Shown: positions 1-9,634, counted from the stretch's first letter. The stretch: 52,909 nt of DNA from Candidatus Helarchaeota archaeon (GCA_029838215.1 JALGVI010000005.1:1-52909), one strand, 5' to 3'. Notes: generated from the letters alone by a model not told the origin. Made by a program: numbers and translations.

Positions 1-1339
1 CTTCAGGATGCGTGCAATCGAGAGCAAGAGATTTGGACGTTAAAGCCTGCAGGAACCTGTATTTTGAATTTTCGAATCCCTCCAGACTCGCAACTATCGG
101 GCGACCGTTTTCCTTCTTGAAGAACCATTCGGGATGTTCTTTTGCTAATCTTGATTTGCTTGAGATAAAAAATGGTGCCGTCCACAATCCTGCCATGTAA
201 CCTTTCTCTTTAATGCTCTGAACGAGTTTTGCCATTCCACTTGGAAACTTGGGATTGGCATCCCATTCACCTGCTCTGATTTGATACCCATCATCAAGTT
301 GAAAGAAATCTATCTGAATGTCATTTGAATTTTCTGCGATGAATTCCAGATTTTTCAAGGTCTCTTTTTCAGAAATATTTTGAAAATAGTGATACCAACT
401 GCACCAACCTTTTGGAATGGTGGGCCACGTACGAGCATCGTTCCAAGTTGCGACCATTTCAAAATATTCATTTAAAGCCTGTAAGGGATTTCCATCTAAA
501 TCAAGAAATATGGCTAATTTTTCTGATGATACCTCATCTCCAGGTTCAAAAAGAATTTCATCTGCTTGAGACCTTGCAGTGAAGAATTCCAGTGCTTTTT
601 TCTTCTTATTTGCCTTTAGGAGAACTTGACAGAATTGATCCTTTAAAGTCACGAATCCACAGATTAGAGTAGATCTTGAAGTTCTATCGTGAATGGCAGT
701 AAATATCTCACCAACGATTAATCCTTTTTTCCTTTTTTCTTTCGGATTGGAGTACAGAATCTTCCTTGCAATTTCTGTCTTTGTCATTGTATCCTTGTCA
801 AAGATTCCAAGGACCTTTGCCTTGCTCCAAGACTGCCAGTCGGTCTTAAAAACCCGCCATTCTTCCATTCCCTCTCCGAGATCAACAACACCTTTTTTTT
901 CCGTAACAACGTGCAAGGGATGCAGTTCGACCAGCCGAAGGTCTACGTCCAGAGTATTTTTTACTTTAACTTGAATGACAATTGGACTTTTTTTCTCATA
1001 TAACGTGAACGTGATGGTAATGATTGGTTTTTTATCATCACCTGCCAAATTTATTACTAGTGATTTTCCGCTTTCTCCGTTTTTACCCATGGTTTCCTCA
1101 AGATTCCAAGACTTCTTGTACTCATCCGTAGAATAATGATTCATCCATATGTCCTTATCGTTTTGATGCTTTTTTAGTACCACGAGAGAAAACGCATTTT
1201 GAAAGACTTTCATTCCTGTCTTGCTTTCCGAAATTTCATAAAAACCCTGATTTAAATCAAATTTTAACGTAAAAAAGTCATTAGAAAAGCTTACAATTGA
1301 ATTCTGCTCTTGGCATGTAATTTCATTCATTTGATTCAT
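1..1339 (-). CDS. Glycoside hydrolase family 36 alpha-galactosidase (melibiase-type), N-terminal ~446 aa, truncated by the window edge
   Basis: Not in the ORF track because there is no stop inside the window. Manual translation from ATG 1339 (or 1330) stays in frame to base 2 and gives the GH36 motifs PKGWCSWYHYF, FFQLDDGYQ, GEW..NPKFPSGM, GLWTAPF, HPEWF and ALDCTHPE. Confidence 0.85.
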   Translation of the reverse strand, partial: MNQMNEITCQEQNSIVSFSNDFFTLKFDLNQGFYEISESKTGMKVFQNAFSLVVLKKHQNDKDIWMNHYSTDEYKKSWNLEETMGKNGESGKSLVINLAGDDKKPIITITFTLYEKKSPIVIQVKVKNTLDVDLRLVELHPLHVVTEKKGVVDLGEGMEEWRVFKTDWQSWSKAKVLGIFDKDTMTKTEIARKILYSNPKEKRKKGLIVGEIFTAIHDRTSRSTLICGFVTLKDQFCQVLLKANKKKKALEFFTARSQADEILFEPGDEVSSEKLAIFLDLDGNPLQALNEYFEMVATWNDARTWPTIPKGWCSWYHYFQNISEKETLKNLEFIAENSNDIQIDFFQLDDGYQIRAGEWDANPKFPSGMAKLVQSIKEKGYMAGLWTAPFFISSKSRLAKEHPEWFFKKENGRPIVASLEGFENSKYRFLQALTSKSLALDCTHPE

Positions 1340-1919
1340 TCCTACTCGTTTCTTTTTCCTGAATTATTTTGGCCAATGGTTCATGGACGAGCGTCCAATT
1401 CAAATAATAATAGGGAATCCTTGTCTGTTTTATTATCTTGATTTCCCTTGACAAGATTTTCTTTTTAGTCAATTGAAATACATGTCGTGAAATGACTTGT
1501 TCTTCCACGTCCAAGAAATTCGCCAAATCTTGAATCGTGAGTTCACCGTGCTTTGCGAGAATTTCAAGTATTAAATCTTCAAGTTTAACTTGTACTTCCG
1601 AGTTGATGGCGGTTCTTGCACTGGATTTCAAGCGAGATCTTGGGGGTAAATTGAAGGGAATTTCTTTTTGAACCTGAAGCTTTCCGTCAATTGTCGTGGT
1701 TAAAAAACGAGAACGTTTACCGCCTTGAAGCTTTATCAATCCTCTTTCATTTAGCTTTTTAGTAAGTCTTGAAATAGCTGCCCAACAGGCATCTCGAGAC
1801 TTGTAATTATCTTCCAGTGCATCAACGAGTTCTTTTATCGTTATTCCGTCAATTCCTTGCAGTAAAACTCGTTTTGCGGTTTTTGAAAGCTGGTGCGCCT
1901 TTTTAGTCATCGTTATCAA
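1323..1919 (-). CDS. Winged-helix DNA-binding protein (two HTH-like segments), probable transcriptional regulator
   Basis: Basic 198-aa ORF with GITIKELVDAL...ISRLTKKL..RGLI and GELTIQDLANFLDVEEQVISRHVFQL..KKIL wHTH patterns. Its stop overlaps the GH36 start. Confidence 0.6.
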   Translation of the reverse strand: MITMTKKAHQLSKTAKRVLLQGIDGITIKELVDALEDNYKSRDACWAAISRLTKKLNERGLIKLQGGKRSRFLTTTIDGKLQVQKEIPFNLPPRSRLKSSARTAINSEVQVKLEDLILEILAKHGELTIQDLANFLDVEEQVISRHVFQLTKKKILSREIKIIKQTRIPYYYLNWTLVHEPLAKIIQEKETSRNESNE

Positions 1920-2231
1920 ACAAGTTATTTTTTCTTATTTTCACTTCTTGCATTTTTACATATATTAATGATCATTTTTACTCGAATAAATGCAATATAA
2001 ATCTACACGGGCTTATACTGTTGGATTTTTTTTTCAAAGTTTCATTAAAAATTGTTCCGCTTAAATTTCTCATCTGTCTTTATGACTTGATTCGGATTCC
2101 CAAAACTTGATCATGATCATCACGCCCACGGTGAACCAGAAATCTGTCTAACAAGGCATAAATAACGAGAATTGCATGTGAAAGCAGTTAAATGTTCTTT
2201 TTTAAGTGAATCAAGGAAAAGAGGATTTTAA

Positions 2232-3803
2232 ATGAAAAAGGGAACGAAAATAGTCATGACGGCATCTGCAACGGAAATGTCCGATTTTTTCAAGAATCCA
2301 TTTATTGCATTTACAGGTGGGTTTCCAGCCCGAATTGTTAAGATGTGGCAGAGCCTGACGACGAAGTTTGGAGTTTATGGCTATCCACCTGTTCCATACG
2401 ATGAAAATGGTGCTAAATTTGCACCGTACGGTCTTCGAAAAGTCGAATCCGTTCTTCTAGAGAATGGGTTTGATGAAGATGACGTTAAAATAATTCATCC
2501 GTACCAATTGAAAGATTTTATCGGAGAAAAAACGAAAATTGTCGCTGTCACGAGCATGGATCCGATGGGGCTCGCTTATGTGGACTTGACGTACACGAGC
2601 ATGATAGGATTCGATGACGAGTGTTGCAACTCTTGGGAGTTTCGCAAGCTAATGACGAATAAATACATGCGAAAGAAGCATTTAAAGAAGATCGTGGGTG
2701 GAGCTGGTGCATGGCAAGTGAGCGGAAGAAAAACTCGGGAAATTTTGGGCATAGACACGATAATACTCGGCGAAAGTGAGGCGATTGTCGCCAAGGTCTT
2801 TAAAGACCTTTCGGAAGGACGAAAGGTTCCGCCAATAATTAAGGCTCCGCAAGTTCAAGAGAAAGACATACCCGTGATAAAACATGCTGCACTGCACGGA
2901 GGCGTGGAAATCATGCGCGGATGCGGCAGGAATTGCCAGTTCTGCTCCCCAACGATGCGAAAACGCCGTGATTATCCTCTTCATAAAATATTGGAAGAAG
3001 TAAAAGTAAACATTGATGGTGGAGAGAATTTCATCACGTTAATCGGAGAAGACATGCTGATTTATGGTTGCGATAACTCAAAATTTATTCCTAATTCTGA
3101 AGCCGTTTCTGAAATGGCAGAAGCAATCGGTCGTTATCCTGGTGTAGAGGTCATTCAACCTGTTCACGTTTCAATGGCAGCCGTGGCGGCAGATCCCGAA
3201 TTGATCTTTCGCATTTCTGAATCTTGGAGAGATGAACGTCATCAAATAAAAGGACGATATACACTTCATGGTAAGAAAATGATGAGTGCTGAAACCGGAA
3301 TTGAAACGGGGAGTCCTCGAATCTTAAAGAAATACATGAAAGGCAAGCCATTACCGTTTCGTTGCGAGGAATGGCATGATATTGTCATTCAAGCCTGCGG
3401 AATTCTTAATGATAATGATTGGATTCCACTCACATCATTCTTACTTGACATGCCCGGAGAGACTGAAGACGACACGATGAAAACTTTGGAGCTGGTTGAT
3501 GACATGCATGAATACAACGTCTTTTTCATGCCCGTATTATTCGTGCCGCTCGGAGACTGTATTCTAAGAAATGAGCGAAAAGCAAATTGGTCTAAAGTTA
3601 CCGAAGCATCGTTGGAGCTTTTTCTACGTTGCTGGGAATATAATGTTGAGCAATACAAGTACGATTACCTGAACTCGATGACTAAACCAATATTATCTTA
3701 CGTTTCCCGCCTAATGTACTGGGGTTATTACAGATGGCGCCGCGGTGTTGCAAATCATCACTTCTATAATCGGTTGTTGACAAAAATCTCAGGATTGAGT
3801 TAA
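2232..3803 (+). CDS. B12-binding radical SAM protein, GDGT ring synthase (Grs)-like archaeal family
   Basis: CxxxCxxC motif (RGCGRNCQFCSPT); N-terminal APYGLRKVE...DPMG...IVGGAGAWQ; C-terminal GIETGS...YMKGKPLPF..EEW. These match the archaeal Grs/Gms-type lipid-modifying radical SAM family as I recall it. Confidence 0.7.
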   Translation: MKKGTKIVMTASATEMSDFFKNPFIAFTGGFPARIVKMWQSLTTKFGVYGYPPVPYDENGAKFAPYGLRKVESVLLENGFDEDDVKIIHPYQLKDFIGEKTKIVAVTSMDPMGLAYVDLTYTSMIGFDDECCNSWEFRKLMTNKYMRKKHLKKIVGGAGAWQVSGRKTREILGIDTIILGESEAIVAKVFKDLSEGRKVPPIIKAPQVQEKDIPVIKHAALHGGVEIMRGCGRNCQFCSPTMRKRRDYPLHKILEEVKVNIDGGENFITLIGEDMLIYGCDNSKFIPNSEAVSEMAEAIGRYPGVEVIQPVHVSMAAVAADPELIFRISESWRDERHQIKGRYTLHGKKMMSAETGIETGSPRILKKYMKGKPLPFRCEEWHDIVIQACGILNDNDWIPLTSFLLDMPGETEDDTMKTLELVDDMHEYNVFFMPVLFVPLGDCILRNERKANWSKVTEASLELFLRCWEYNVEQYKYDYLNSMTKPILSYVSRLMYWGYYRWRRGVANHHFYNRLLTKISGLS

Positions 3804-3949
3804 TAATCCGTTTACTTCTTTTTTGAAATTTCAATTCCTTTTTTTTTGAAAAGTCAAGTCCCATCAACAAAATTTATCTGACTTGACAGATTTTAATAAC
3901 CTGAATTGATTTATGCACGTTTTTATATTATTTTCGTGGAGATAATATC

Positions 3950-4219
3950 ATGGTAAAAGCATTTGCAGAAATTCCAATAGATCCGAAACAAGTCCGCAGT
4001 TATCAAGACCTGCCTCGATTAATTGAGGATCACGGTTGTCCTAGATGTCAAAATTTCTTGATAGCAGTGAAAATCAAGAATTTTTCTCTTTCAAAACTGA
4101 GATTTGAAAATACTTGTCAGAATTGTGGCATGTATTACCTTGCGCAAAAAGTAGACACGGATTCTGGTCCCAAATTATATCTATTTGAAGAAGAAGAGGA
4201 CGAATCTGAGGATAAATAA
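3950..4219 (+). CDS. Small zinc-ribbon protein
   Basis: CPRC and CQNC pairs, acidic tail; ends 2 bp before the next gene. Confidence 0.6.
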   Translation: MVKAFAEIPIDPKQVRSYQDLPRLIEDHGCPRCQNFLIAVKIKNFSLSKLRFENTCQNCGMYYLAQKVDTDSGPKLYLFEEEEDESEDK

Positions 4220-4221
4220 AC

Positions 4222-4968
4222 ATGAAGATATCGATTGGAGGGTACAAGGATGTCTCCACGATTGACTATCCCGGCGAAGTCGTATCAGTAGTCTTTTTTT
4301 GTGGATGTCCTTTCCGGTGTCCCTTTTGCCAAAACGTTGGGTTGGTTACTGGAGAGGATTGTAAGGAAATTTCCATCGAAGAGATACACGTGGTGCTCGA
4401 AAAATATTCTTCATTTATCACGGGGACTTGCATTACAGGGGGAGAACCGTGCGTGCAGGAAGCTGGATTAAGTGCGCTTCTTTCACGCATCAAGCAATTC
4501 GGAAAGCGTAAAATTGATACAAATGGCTTTTACCCTAATGTAGTAAATGAAATCTTAAAGCAAAAACTCGTTGAATATATCGCCATCGATATAAAGGCAC
4601 CCCTTAATCCGCAAGCGTATGGTAAGGTCGTGGGTCTGATTCAGAAAGGCGATAAAGTCGTTGATCGCGTGAAACAAACCCTAATTCACATTAATGCATT
4701 TCGTCCTGACGTTTATTTAGAGATCAGGACTACAATCGTGCCAAATCTCATATATACAAGAGACGAGATCGAATCTATTGCCCGAAATGTCGAAGCCGAT
4801 TGTTTTACGCTGCAGCAGTTCCGTTCAAACATGGGAACATTAGATCCACTTTATCGAGATGTTCTATCTCCTCCGAGATCTTTGCTCATGGACTTGGGCG
4901 AGGTTATAAAGAATTACCATTCTTGCGTGAAGATCCGGACCATTGAAAAAGGCGAAGAAAAATTGTGA
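4222..4968 (+). CDS. nrdG: Anaerobic ribonucleoside-triphosphate reductase activating protein (glycyl-radical activase, radical SAM)
   Basis: N-terminal STIDYPGEVVSVVFFCGCPFRCPFCQN, ITGGEP, KIDTNG, IAIDIKAP and EIRTTIVP motifs. Confidence 0.8.
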   Translation: MKISIGGYKDVSTIDYPGEVVSVVFFCGCPFRCPFCQNVGLVTGEDCKEISIEEIHVVLEKYSSFITGTCITGGEPCVQEAGLSALLSRIKQFGKRKIDTNGFYPNVVNEILKQKLVEYIAIDIKAPLNPQAYGKVVGLIQKGDKVVDRVKQTLIHINAFRPDVYLEIRTTIVPNLIYTRDEIESIARNVEADCFTLQQFRSNMGTLDPLYRDVLSPPRSLLMDLGEVIKNYHSCVKIRTIEKGEEKL

Positions 4969-4980
4969 AAAGTAAGAGAA

Positions 4981-5697
4981 ATGCCGAGAGAAAAAGTAGC
5001 TCCAAATCATTTTCAAGATGAAATTATCTATTCACCCGAACATTGGAAATTATTTCGAGAATTTAGGTTAAAGACTAAAGAAATTCTAACCGCTTTAAAG
5101 AATTTCAATGCTGCAAGTCACGGTTCCATAGCCCGCGGAGATGTCACTTCGAAGAGCGATATCGATATCATAATTCCTTACAAGATTGATGAATTTCAAT
5201 TGATTAAGCCGTTGGGTAGCATTAATTATTCCCGATTTAGAGAGCGGTATATCATTCAAGCCACGCCACTTTCAGCTATAAAAGCAACGATCGTACTAGG
5301 AGAAAATGTTTCACTGACTTTTCCTTTAATTGCATTTTATCCCCGCGAATTTGATTTTTATGCATTTGGTGGTTTCCTAACGCTTGAAGATGCATTGCTC
5401 GAGAAAAGAATTCCCGGAATCACGAAGCAATTACTTTTCATAACTCCAACAGACCGTGGTCATGCTTCTTGGCGCGTCACGCAGGAAAATGCGGCCTTGG
5501 CTGCAAAAAAGTTGCGTGTTAACGTGAATACCATTTTGGAACGCCTTCGTGTGTTAGAGCGACGAGACCGCATTGGTCGGACGGGAATCTTCCTCAAGGT
5601 TGCTATAAGTCCCAATGAATCATTTGGGGAAGTCCTGCGAAGCATCGAGCGAAAAAATCCCGCCAGTCGTCGTCGCATAAAAAGAAAAAAAATCTAA
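4981..5697 (+). CDS. Archaeal predicted nucleotidyltransferase (Pol-beta superfamily, COG2413-like)
   Basis: HGSIARGDV...SDIDI motif, EFDFYAFGG, RIPGITKQL and RRDRIGRTGIFL segments. Confidence 0.75.
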   Translation: MPREKVAPNHFQDEIIYSPEHWKLFREFRLKTKEILTALKNFNAASHGSIARGDVTSKSDIDIIIPYKIDEFQLIKPLGSINYSRFRERYIIQATPLSAIKATIVLGENVSLTFPLIAFYPREFDFYAFGGFLTLEDALLEKRIPGITKQLLFITPTDRGHASWRVTQENAALAAKKLRVNVNTILERLRVLERRDRIGRTGIFLKVAISPNESFGEVLRSIERKNPASRRRIKRKKI

Positions 5698-5698
5698 T

Positions 5699-6421
5699 TC
5701 AAATCAATTCATCAAGTTGGACGAATCGGACTCCACTATCCTGAAAATATGCGATAATTTTCTCTAGTAATTGCAAGAACTTTTTACCTGTTTTGATCCA
5801 GCGGTCGGGACGCGTGAGCAAGTCCTTGATTGATACATGTTTTCTCATGTTAACGAATTCCCATGGATGAAAATATAGCACCGCCAAGTTATCTTGTTTA
5901 GCTGCTTTCAAGAGCTTTTGAAACCCTCTTGGAAATCGCAAGAGGGCATTTGAAAAACACGGTGAAAACTCTTTCAACCCCAGATCTTGCCCTATTTTTA
6001 GTCCTTTCTTAAAAGTAGGTATTGAAGAGTCATATTTGAAGCCGGTTCGGACAAGAATTCCAAAAAGTTCTGGACTTGTTGCAAGAAATGGTGCACGAAA
6101 TCCCTTTACGTCTTTGTTGATAGTATTTTCGAGCAATTCCTTGGACCTTTTCAAGATTTTTTCATGATGCTCCGAGATCTCTGAAAATCGCTCATGTTCA
6201 TAACCGTGTGAAGCAATCTCAAATTTCTTGCTTGATTCCTTGATGATTTCAGGGTGAGATTCACATAAATTAGCAGTTACAAAAAAAGTGGCAGGCAGCT
6301 TGTTTGAGTTTAGAAAGTCAATTAGAATTGGAAGACCCTTTTCAATGCCAGGTGAATGTTGCTTTCTTCTAAGGAATATCTCCTTTTCCACGTCGAACGT
6401 TAAAGCAACTTTTAGAGCCAT
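5699..6421 (-). CDS. Polysaccharide deacetylase (NodB/CE4 family)
   Basis: LTFDVE, ATFFVT, EIASHGYEH, GFRAP, YDSS and YFHPWE motifs. Confidence 0.85.
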   Translation of the reverse strand: MALKVALTFDVEKEIFLRRKQHSPGIEKGLPILIDFLNSNKLPATFFVTANLCESHPEIIKESSKKFEIASHGYEHERFSEISEHHEKILKRSKELLENTINKDVKGFRAPFLATSPELFGILVRTGFKYDSSIPTFKKGLKIGQDLGLKEFSPCFSNALLRFPRGFQKLLKAAKQDNLAVLYFHPWEFVNMRKHVSIKDLLTRPDRWIKTGKKFLQLLEKIIAYFQDSGVRFVQLDELI

Positions 6422-6424
6422 GGT

Positions 6425-7759
6425 CTACGCTTCGAGATCTTGCAATTTGATTTGCAAATCGCAATATGGACAAAATGTTATTCTTCCTTCTATGGGTGCT
6501 TCTTCTAATGGTCCCGAGCAAGAAGGACACCTGAGTGATTTCAGCTCATCTTCTGAATTCAAGTCCGAATTTGCAACGATTTGCTCCCGCAGTTTCTTCC
6601 CCATTTCGGAAAGTAATCCCGTTAATTGTTCTTCTCTATCACAGGCGACCACGACTTTTACGTAGCCGCTGTGTTCACTCACATTACCAGTTATCACGAA
6701 ATCTGCCTTTGTGACCTTAGTCTTTCCATAAAACCACGAATCAGCCCGATAATCACCTGCAGTTTCATTGATATCTTCGAAGACTAATCTTAAATCGTGT
6801 TGGGAAATCACGTCCTTCACGATTTTATAGGCTCTATTTGGAGTTAATCCTTGAGGTATCACGTAAGATCTTTCATCTCGCACGTTCAATCGTGTCTGAA
6901 GAAGATTATTCAATTTTGCAACGTTAGCCTCTTCTTCGGTAAAGAAAAGTGGACAAACGACGTTAACTTCTAATGGATTAATTTGTATGATTTGTTGATT
7001 TCCCTTGGCGTCGAGATATTCTACTAAGCCGTAAATCTTGTCTTTTCCGCATACCAATGGTTCCAACGTGTAATTGACCGTTTTTGAAGTATTTGGTTGC
7101 ACGATCGGAATGTAAACCGTCGTGCCTTCCGTCTTGTATTCCGGCTCAATCTTTATGAGATGGAAAGGTTTTTGCGGAACGTCAAATCGCATTTTTACTT
7201 GCGTAATGACATTTTCGGAATCATTGACTATCTTTGCCTTGATTCGTAATAATCCTCCAATGTGCTCAAATTGGCGTTTTACGGAGATATCTTGAAGGAC
7301 TTCAACAGTTTGGGGCACGGCTTGGATGGCGGGAGTAACATCATTATTTGCTACTGGTACAGCAGAAGATGTTGCTTTTTGTGCAACTGCTAATTCTGTC
7401 GAAGAACTCCCCCCTTCTATTCCTAATTCTTGATAAATCTGTTCTGAATATTGATAATTAGGCATCTTCTCTCTATGACGCGGGCATGAAAGTCGAAATA
7501 TTCGCCAGTGACCGCTGCGCTTACTTTGAAAGAATGTGGCGGGTGCCCCGCATTTGAAACATCGAAAAACGTGATTCTTTATTAGAGGTAACCATTCATT
7601 TTTAAATAAAGTTGGAAGCTTGATGACTCTCTGACCGTGGGTTGGACACCGCACCTTTAGTACTGTCATTTCCTTATTTGGTAAATATTTCAAGAAATAA
7701 ACTATGGTTGGTTGTCCGCATTTCCAACAACTTAGTTGAAGTTCCCAATTTTGACTCAA
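6425..7759 (-). CDS. Zinc-finger protein with a putative adaptin/coatomer/BBS appendage-like (Ig-like GAE + platform) region
   Basis: Two N-terminal CxxC...CPxH repeats, a low-complexity linker, a beta-rich Ig-like segment (RIKAKIVNDSENVITQV...EPLVCGKDKIYGLVEY), an alpha/beta platform-like segment, and a C-terminal CPSC...CPYC ribbon. The fold assignment is an inference. Confidence 0.5.
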   Translation of the reverse strand: MSQNWELQLSCWKCGQPTIVYFLKYLPNKEMTVLKVRCPTHGQRVIKLPTLFKNEWLPLIKNHVFRCFKCGAPATFFQSKRSGHWRIFRLSCPRHREKMPNYQYSEQIYQELGIEGGSSSTELAVAQKATSSAVPVANNDVTPAIQAVPQTVEVLQDISVKRQFEHIGGLLRIKAKIVNDSENVITQVKMRFDVPQKPFHLIKIEPEYKTEGTTVYIPIVQPNTSKTVNYTLEPLVCGKDKIYGLVEYLDAKGNQQIIQINPLEVNVVCPLFFTEEEANVAKLNNLLQTRLNVRDERSYVIPQGLTPNRAYKIVKDVISQHDLRLVFEDINETAGDYRADSWFYGKTKVTKADFVITGNVSEHSGYVKVVVACDREEQLTGLLSEMGKKLREQIVANSDLNSEDELKSLRCPSCSGPLEEAPIEGRITFCPYCDLQIKLQDLEA

Positions 7760-7822
7760 CTTAAAAACCTCGGTTTGGCTCGCTTCGTTAAATATGCCTC
7801 ACCACTTCTATAATATAAATCA

Positions 7823-8425
7823 TTAGATGTGATCAAAATCATTTAAGAAATCATCATTCCATTGCTGATGAAAATCATTAGAAATCCCAAAAGAAATGAG
7901 AATCTTGCCCGCAAACTGATTGACCAAATCATCTATTGTTTTCGGTTTTGTATAAAAAGCGTGAATTGGTGGTAATATTGTGATGTTATAATTGGCAAGT
8001 TTTAACATATTTTCCAGATGGATTCCTGAAAAAGGTGTTTCCCTCGGAACCAATATTATCGGTTTTTTCTCCTTAATGAAGACATCGGCAACGCGTGTCA
8101 GGAGATTATCGGAATAACCGTGTGCAATTGCAGCGAGTGTTTTCATCGAACATGGCACTATGATCAATCCGATCTTTTTCGTGCTGATGCAAGAGCCACT
8201 TGCAAGCGGAGACGAATAGTCCTGAGGATCGTGAATCTCCGTTGCTAATTCTTCCATTTCTACCTTTGGGATGGGTGCTTCCAACGTTATCACCTTTTCT
8301 GCGTTTTTTGAAATTATTAAATGAGTTTTTATTCTTAAATCTTTAAGAATACGAAGTAAGGCTATTCCATATATTATACCACTGGCACCCGTGATTCCGA
8401 CAACAACCTCATCCATAAAAGACAC
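7823..8425 (-). CDS. ubiX: Flavin prenyltransferase UbiX
   Basis: VVGITGASG, PLASGS, PCSMKTLAAIAHGYSDNLLTR and LVPRETP motifs. Confidence 0.92.
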   Translation of the reverse strand: MSFMDEVVVGITGASGIIYGIALLRILKDLRIKTHLIISKNAEKVITLEAPIPKVEMEELATEIHDPQDYSSPLASGSCISTKKIGLIIVPCSMKTLAAIAHGYSDNLLTRVADVFIKEKKPIILVPRETPFSGIHLENMLKLANYNITILPPIHAFYTKPKTIDDLVNQFAGKILISFGISNDFHQQWNDDFLNDFDHI

Positions 8426-8559
8426 CTTGAATTACAGCCATTCGTGGAGTTATATCGAATTAGAAAGAAACTTTAAATAAAGTTTTGTCCGTGAAGTCTT
8501 AAATATCGATCTATCTTTCAAATAACAGATCTTTACGAAAATTGAAGGAGCTTTCAACC

Positions 8560-8742
8560 ATGGTTGATATTAAAGTTGAAATTGACCTTTGCACTGGTTG
8601 TGGAACCTGTGTTGATGTCTGTCCTGTCGGCGTTTATGAATTAGACGGCGATAAAGTCAAAATCGTGAATAAGGACGAATGCATCGAGTGCCTTGCGTGT
8701 GTCGATCAATGTCCTTCTGGTTGTCTCTCAGTAGAAAGCTAA
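8560..8742 (+). CDS. 2[4Fe-4S] ferredoxin
   Basis: CTGCGTCVDVCP and CIECLACVDQCP; ATG 8560 follows a GGAG site (the ORF track starts at TTG 8542). Confidence 0.92.
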   Translation: MVDIKVEIDLCTGCGTCVDVCPVGVYELDGDKVKIVNKDECIECLACVDQCPSGCLSVES

Positions 8743-8748
8743 AAATCC

Positions 8749-8767
8749 TTTCTTCTTTTTCTTTTTT
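8749..8767 (+). terminator. Oligo-T archaeal terminator between the convergent ferredoxin and HAD genes
   Basis: Pyrimidine/T tract tttcttctttttctttttt right after the stop codon. Confidence 0.45.
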
Positions 8768-8784
8768 ATCGTCTTGTACAATAA

Positions 8785-9555
8785 TCATAATATTTCTCTT
8801 AGTGAAGCTATTGAATCAATGATGAAATCTGGTTCGATTCCTGATTCGATTAATACTTGTTCTCGAAACTTGCCTGTTTTTACGAGAATTCCCTTCAATC
8901 CTTGAGCTTGAGCTCCTCCAATATCCGTGAAGATGTCATCCCCGATCATTCCCGTTTCTTCCGGATTGGTTCCAATATCTTTCAAAGCAAGCTCAAAAAA
9001 ACTTTTTGTTGGCTTGCCCATTATTTCTGCTTGTTTTCCCGTGGCGAACTCCAAAGCCGTTACAAATGGTCCTGCCGATAGAACTAAACCACCCGAACTC
9101 ATCCAATACTTGTCTTTTTCAAGCCCAATTATTTTTGCACCATTCAAGATTAATTGAAATGCCGTGTTCATATTATAGTACGTAAAATTATCTCCTGCAT
9201 CTCCAACCACGACGAACTCTGCATCATCTTCAACGTGCTCCAATCCTGCTTGCTCATAATCCACGTGGACATCCCCTGTTGTCAAAAAGTAACACTTTCG
9301 GACCTTCCTGCTTGAAATGAAATTTATTGCGGCCATCATTGGAGTGAAGATATGATCTTCTGAAATTTCAAATCCTAATTTTTCGAGCTTCGTAACAATG
9401 GATTTGCGACTTTTTCTGGTCGTATTTGATACGAACCTACATTGATATCCCTTCTCATTTAGGAATTTTATTGTTTCCCTTGCTCCCATTATTGGATTAC
9501 CGCCAGTATAAAGCGTGCCGTCCAGATCAATTAAAAACGCCTTCAAAATAACCAC
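8785..9555 (-). CDS. HAD-superfamily IIA hydrolase (LHPP/HDHD2-like)
   Basis: LIDLDGTLY, FVSNTT, LSAGPFV.ALE, MGKP..SFF and MIGDDIFTDIGGA motifs. Confidence 0.88.
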   Translation of the reverse strand: MVILKAFLIDLDGTLYTGGNPIMGARETIKFLNEKGYQCRFVSNTTRKSRKSIVTKLEKLGFEISEDHIFTPMMAAINFISSRKVRKCYFLTTGDVHVDYEQAGLEHVEDDAEFVVVGDAGDNFTYYNMNTAFQLILNGAKIIGLEKDKYWMSSGGLVLSAGPFVTALEFATGKQAEIMGKPTKSFFELALKDIGTNPEETGMIGDDIFTDIGGAQAQGLKGILVKTGKFREQVLIESGIEPDFIIDSIASLREIL

Positions 9556-9634
9556 TTCAAAATCTTTTTATTCTATTTTCCTTCTTTAGTTTTAAGCATT
9601 TAAGATCTTTTCGACTTACGAAGAAGGCAATAGC

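Noticed and set aside
6419-6427. In-frame TAG-ACC-ATG junction that could fuse the appendage-like protein to the deacetylase by read-through
   Set aside because: There is a one-in-three chance of being in frame, both proteins look complete alone, and there is no functional rationale.
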